Part shown: in pieces, positions 49,290 to 53,861 of the stretch
Position numbering within the stretch: position 1 is the first letter of the stretch
Layout: each line of letters begins with the position of its first letter
Source: Tubiluchus corallicola
Taxonomy: Eukaryota; Animalia; Priapulida
Assembly: GCA_030141605.1 (NCBI GenBank)
Contig: JAQGDQ010001225.1
Span: forward strand, 1-53,861
Direction of reading: 5' to 3'
Length of the DNA stretch: 53,861 nt
Made by a program: the position numbers and the translations under genes
Notes under the pieces: model-generated
What the model saw: only the letters and a program-made list of their open reading frames with translations
The model's database searches: none
Told to the model about the DNA's origin: nothing

Positions 49290-49892
49290 TTTCGGCTAAC
49301 CCTACCAGCTCCTGGATAATCAGGAAAATAAAAAAAGCGCCATGACTGCTGGCTACAAGAGTCTGTATAAGATGAAGCGAATGTAAATGAAGCTCTGTGA
49401 TCCGCCTTAGGTTACCTATACCAAGGTTTTTTATCTTGAAAAAAAACAACGCAATTATTGACAATCATAACAAATTCGCGATAATAAACAATCAGCAATC
49501 AGCCATATCATTTATTTTCTGACATTGTAATTTCGAGGCGCACTGGAACGGTGCAGTACTTATCCAAAACACAGATGCACTGTTCTTTGACAATGGGACT
49601 TCTATTAATTTTGTTAGTTGTCTCTCAAGGGCGTTTTGCCCTTATCACGTACTAAATGAAAATAATCCTAGCAGTAACAAATTTTTGCACTTCATAATAT
49701 ATTTTTTATTATTAAAATTCTTTGCTTTGTTAAAAAATTATTTACTATAATAGAAATCCTCTATTTGGAAAGCGGAATTCACAAAAAAAAACTGAAATTC
49801 TCCCTTTATGTAGTTAAGGATTGAGATTTGACAACAGGACGGACACTTTATAACTGCCCACCCCAAACTCAAAAAAGCATTATACCCTATAT

Positions 49893-49976
49893 TCGGATAC
49901 AAAATAATTATTGAAATTATATAATCTATAGTCTATTATATAGACTATATAATTTCAATAATTATTTTGTATCCGA
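49893..49976. repeat. Perfect 31-bp inverted repeat with 22-nt spacer
   Basis: Arms 49893-49923 and 49946-49976 are exact reverse complements. Confidence 0.95.
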
Positions 49977-51977
49977 GCACAGGTATAATGTTTTTGTGAT
50001 TTATAGTGTCATGCAGGCAATTAAGTTTCTTCCTACAATTACTGCATGGCAAATTTTATGCCATTTTCTGCACTGGGGTCAAAGTTGGTAATTAAAAAAT
50101 TGCCCAATCTAGCATAAATCATCAGCACTCGGTACACAATACGATCACTGCGATGCCATCATATACCTACATATGTGCAGAGACTGTTCTAAACGAAACT
50201 TAAATGAGAAAAACAAAGGTCTAGGTCATGGGGGACGCACTGAGAAATCGGGTGCATTTTGTAAGACTTTGTTGCCTAACAATTTGTAAATCAACTTTAA
50301 CCTTGTCAAGGTCAAACAAGCAAAATAATAAGGAAACGTTTTTGAATACACATTATCTGTGACTTTTTTTTGTTTTTTTCTTATTTGCTTCTGTTTCCCT
50401 GTTTTGTTTTGTATGATTTATATTTACCTTAGTTTAATTTATTATATTCTTTTATGAACATCTTTGGTTGATCATTCTACTGTTTTTTGTTGGATTTTTT
50501 TAGTTAATGCTCACATTATCCATTTTCTGTTATGTTAAAAATCTTAAGTTTCTTTTATTTTGTTTGCATCGCATATTCACAGTATTTTACAATTGTAAAT
50601 TTTTGGTTATTTAAATTATAATGTTCTATAATATTGCGTTTCCCATCAGTTAGTTGCCAATTACACACGTCAACAGAATTCAAATTTAAATTGAAAACGG
50701 TGCCAAAATTAATTTTACTTAATCGTTGCCATTTAAGGGTGGCTGACTAGATAACCTACGGGTTCTTCACTGCCCTTCTCCTTTGTTACATAATATTGCA
50801 TGTATTCCTAATACTGTATTTTGTTAATTCTTGGAGTTAATAAATGAATTGAATTGAATTGATAAAACCTAATCTCATTGTAGATGCATAAGAAAAAATT
50901 AATCTCAGGAAAAGTCAAGGTCAACATCAAGAGAAGAGAACACGAGAAATTATCACCTTTTACAAACTCACAATACAAAATTGTAAAAATCACGTCACTT
51001 ACTGGATATCATTTGCATATTTGTACGGAAATATTGTGTACCATAAAATTTCGTTAACATACATTAAGCCACGGTATACCAGACTGTTGTTAAACCACTA
51101 TTAGAAATGTTTCCATGTACTACAAGAAAATAATACAGTACACAAATGCTAATTTTAATTTTAGGCTACAGTTTATTAGCACAGCAATTCTGAAAGTTGT
51201 TTTCGTTAAACGAGCTATATAATATAGATAATAAAAAACTAAACAAATATCACTATTTAATTGATTGAACTGTGCACTCATCTAAAAAGCATATACATTG
51301 TATAAATATAATTACACAAACATTATGCTTTATAATGCTGTAAAAACAATTTTGCATGCCACGTTATTTAAAGCATTTTAATTATGGTTCAAAACCTATC
51401 TTTATAACAAACAAGGTAACATCACTACAATATTCACACTCATTCATCTACTAACAATGACATCGACATGATCTTGGCTAAAACATACTCAGTATTGGAA
51501 ATTTGTATACAGACCAAGACACAGAATTCCATAACTACTAAAAGTGCATTTTCCTGGCAAGCTGATACCCGGGGTCTTTGAGATACGGAGCCATAAACAG
51601 ATGACGCCCATTCTCTTAACATCCTTCAAGTTGTTCAGATGGCAAATTAGAAATTCAGTACTCCAGAAAAGGTTAAATAAATTACTGCGTATACGGGCCT
51701 TGTTTTAGCAAGCAAACTGCATGTATTAAATGTGTCATCTACATAATTTTAATAACAATCCTACAGATAAAAGTTGTTTCAGACATTACAGCATCCAATC
51801 AATTTTAAAATAACTTGTTACGTGGCTGTCATACATAGCAAAGGCAAAAAAAAATTAATCATTAACTGGATTATTATGTGTATCACTGTCATCATCACGA
51901 GACACAACTCACATGATACATGATCTGTTTAGAATTTACTACATAACATATGGCTACAAAAGCGCAGCAGTTTCCAG

Positions 51978-52247
51978 CAGGGGTGAGCATCGAATGTTCG
52001 AATTCAAATCAAACCTAAAATTATAGATTCGAATAAATCAGCACTTCAACTTTATTGAATGTTTGGAAAAGTACGCAATTAGCACAATTTAGATGCTGTA
52101 CAAACTAACAGATTTTACTGTAGAACAAAATCAAGTAATATGCATGATCTTTGTAAGACCACTTTTTACTAGTGGTTCGAAAACTTGTTCGAAAGTCTTT
52201 CCAACTCAATTCGAATTCGCTTTCCGGTAGAAAATGCTCACCCATTG
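51978..52247. mobile_element. Old TIR element (CAGGGGTGAGCAT...ATGCTCACCCATTG); related inverted copy begins at ~20340
   Basis: Imperfect TIRs and TTCGAAT subterminal repeats; 20340-20580 resembles the reverse complement of its right half. Confidence 0.65.
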
Positions 52248-52547
52248 TCTCTAGTACTCAACAGGCAAACATATATAAACAAGAATCTTCCTGTCAAAAT
52301 AGAAAGAACCACACAGCTTCATTCCACTCATGCACTAGGCAGTTCTTGTCCTCTCAGTGGAAGCCATGTAAAGGACTCTATAAACAACGATAATGAGCAT
52401 GAAATTTTGAACTCGTAGCATTTCGAGTCCCAATCAAGAATGTAACAGATACTAATTTGTTAACAATCGCAGTTGTATCAACTGTCGTAGTAAATTATTA
52501 TAGACTGGTATACAACAGTCTTAAACAAGGTGATAAAATCACAAGTA

Positions 52548-53861
52548 TTAAGTGACAGATCTTATATGATAATGAAGTAGCTCTTCATCTGAAAGGGCAG
52601 ATGGGGCGCCACTCATTGAACACTTCCCATCCACGGTTTTAGGAAATGCGATCACGTCCCTTATTGACTTGCAACCACATATGATGGCTATCAATCGGTC
52701 TAAACCTAAAGCAATCCCACCGTGAGGTGGACACCCCAACTCCAGCGCCTCTAAAAGGTGGCTCATTTGCGCCGAGTCAATTTTCAAAACAGAATCAAGA
52801 ATATATCTTTGCAGATCAGCATCATGAATGCGGATTGACCCACCTCCGATTTCCTGTCCATTTAAAACAAGATCGTAGTGCTGCCCCCTAGCCTTAACAT
52901 TTTTGCTATATACAAGATGGAGGTCTTTGGGAAGAGGTGCTGTAAATGGATGATGTCCAGTCTCTAAACACCCTTCTGGCCCATCAGCAGGAAAAAATAA
53001 CGGAAAATCGGTAATCCACGAAAAGTTGAATGAATTGTTGTCTATAAATACATCACTTATCTGTCGCAACTTATCCAAGCATGTGAGCCTTATCTTGCCA
53101 AGGAAGCTACAAGCATTAAAAGTATCGCCCACTGACAACAGCAGTATGTCTCCGGGTTTGGCTTCTAACTTCACATTTGCTGCCATCTGTTGTTCGCCCG
53201 AGAAAGCAGCTTGCAAAGACGACTGCCAGTTCAAATCATCATCAACTTTTATCACAAAGAAGTGCTTGACAGGAAACTCATCCTTCAAAGTAGAAGCTAG
53301 TTTGTCTAGTTCTCGCTTTGAGAAATACTCGCTACCTTGTTTAATGTTTAATGCATGTGCAGCATGGTTCTGCACAACATTAGATGAATTTAAACCGTCA
53401 GTCAAGCTGTGTATTCGCATGTTAAAGCGAGTGTCTGGTTTATCAGTGCCATACGAACCAATTGCCTCTTCATATGTCATTCTATTAAAAGGTATTTCGA
53501 TGGGTTTCAGATGCGAAGGCCAGGCGTATTTTAACATTTCTTCCACAAGTTGCAAGATGTCGTTCTGTGACACAAAGGACATCTCAATGTCAACTTGTGT
53601 GAATTCAGGCTGGCGATCAGGACGAGCGCCTTCGTCACGGTAACAGCGAGCAATCTGCATGTACCGATCCATTCCACCCACCATCAAAAGTTGTTTGAAT
53701 TGTTGTGGACTTTGCGGCAGGGAGTAAAACTTCCCAGGATGCTCTGTTGGAACAAGGAACTCCCGAGCGCCTCCCGGAGTCCTTCTGAATAAAGTTGGTG
53801 TCTCTATGTCAACGAACCTATGAATAGTGCACAAGAATTCGCGCAATTTCATTGTCATGTC
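52548..53861 (-). CDS. DARS2: Mitochondrial aspartyl-tRNA synthetase (5' part lies outside the window)
   Basis: FVDIETPTL..TPGGAREFLVP, SLPQSPQQFKQLLMVGG, ARCYRDE..RPDRQPEFTQ (motif 2), GAD insert, HHPFTAP, PPHGGIALGLDRL (motif 3), IRDVIAFPK: a bacterial-type AspRS in a eukaryotic nuclear context. Confidence 0.96.
   Translation of the reverse strand, partial: DMTMKLREFLCTIHRFVDIETPTLFRRTPGGAREFLVPTEHPGKFYSLPQSPQQFKQLLMVGGMDRYMQIARCYRDEGARPDRQPEFTQVDIEMSFVSQNDILQLVEEMLKYAWPSHLKPIEIPFNRMTYEEAIGSYGTDKPDTRFNMRIHSLTDGLNSSNVVQNHAAHALNIKQGSEYFSKRELDKLASTLKDEFPVKHFFVIKVDDDLNWQSSLQAAFSGEQQMAANVKLEAKPGDILLLSVGDTFNACSFLGKIRLTCLDKLRQISDVFIDNNSFNFSWITDFPLFFPADGPEGCLETGHHPFTAPLPKDLHLVYSKNVKARGQHYDLVLNGQEIGGGSIRIHDADLQRYILDSVLKIDSAQMSHLLEALELGCPPHGGIALGLDRLIAIICGCKSIRDVIAFPKTVDGKCSMSGAPSALSDEELLHYHIRSVT

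Noticed and set aside
52548-53861. Bacterial aspS by horizontal transfer or contamination
   Set aside because: Sequence follows the animal DARS2 pattern (TPTLFRRTPGGAREF) and is embedded among host repeats; bacterial-type AspRS is expected for the mitochondrial enzyme.

Overview
AT-rich genomic DNA from an invertebrate animal: GT-AG introns, microsatellites and many short DNA-transposon derivatives. No prokaryotic features and no CRISPR. The species cannot be identified from this window. I assembled five protein-coding genes by hand with phase-consistent splice sites. (1) PCBD, pterin-4a-carbinolamine dehydratase: + strand, 3 exons, 10032-13967. (2) A CENP-U-like kinetochore protein: - strand, 8 coding exons, 32049-21756, about 838 aa. 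Its long disordered N-terminal region carries two exact histone H3 tail copies (KQTARKS) and SPKK/SPRR motifs. (3) A secreted single IGFBP-domain (SIBD/neuroparsin-like) protein: + strand, 3 exons, 33734-36354, 121 aa. (4) PHF20/PHF20L1-like: - strand, 2 coding exons, 49289-39355, about 1402 aa. (5) The 3' part of mitochondrial aspartyl-tRNA synthetase DARS2: - strand, 52548 to the window end, with no intron in this stretch. The rest contains five copies of a hAT (Buster-like) MITE, four with intact 8-bp TSDs. It also has pogo/Tigger and piggyBac-type non-autonomous elements, tRNA-derived SINEs, an RTE-type LINE fragment, a degenerate inverted hammerhead-like pair and several minisatellites. 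Most ORFs in the supplied track are repeat or antisense artefacts. The best candidate for novelty is the H3-mimic CENP-U-like protein. All family assignments come from motif recognition and have not been checked by database search.
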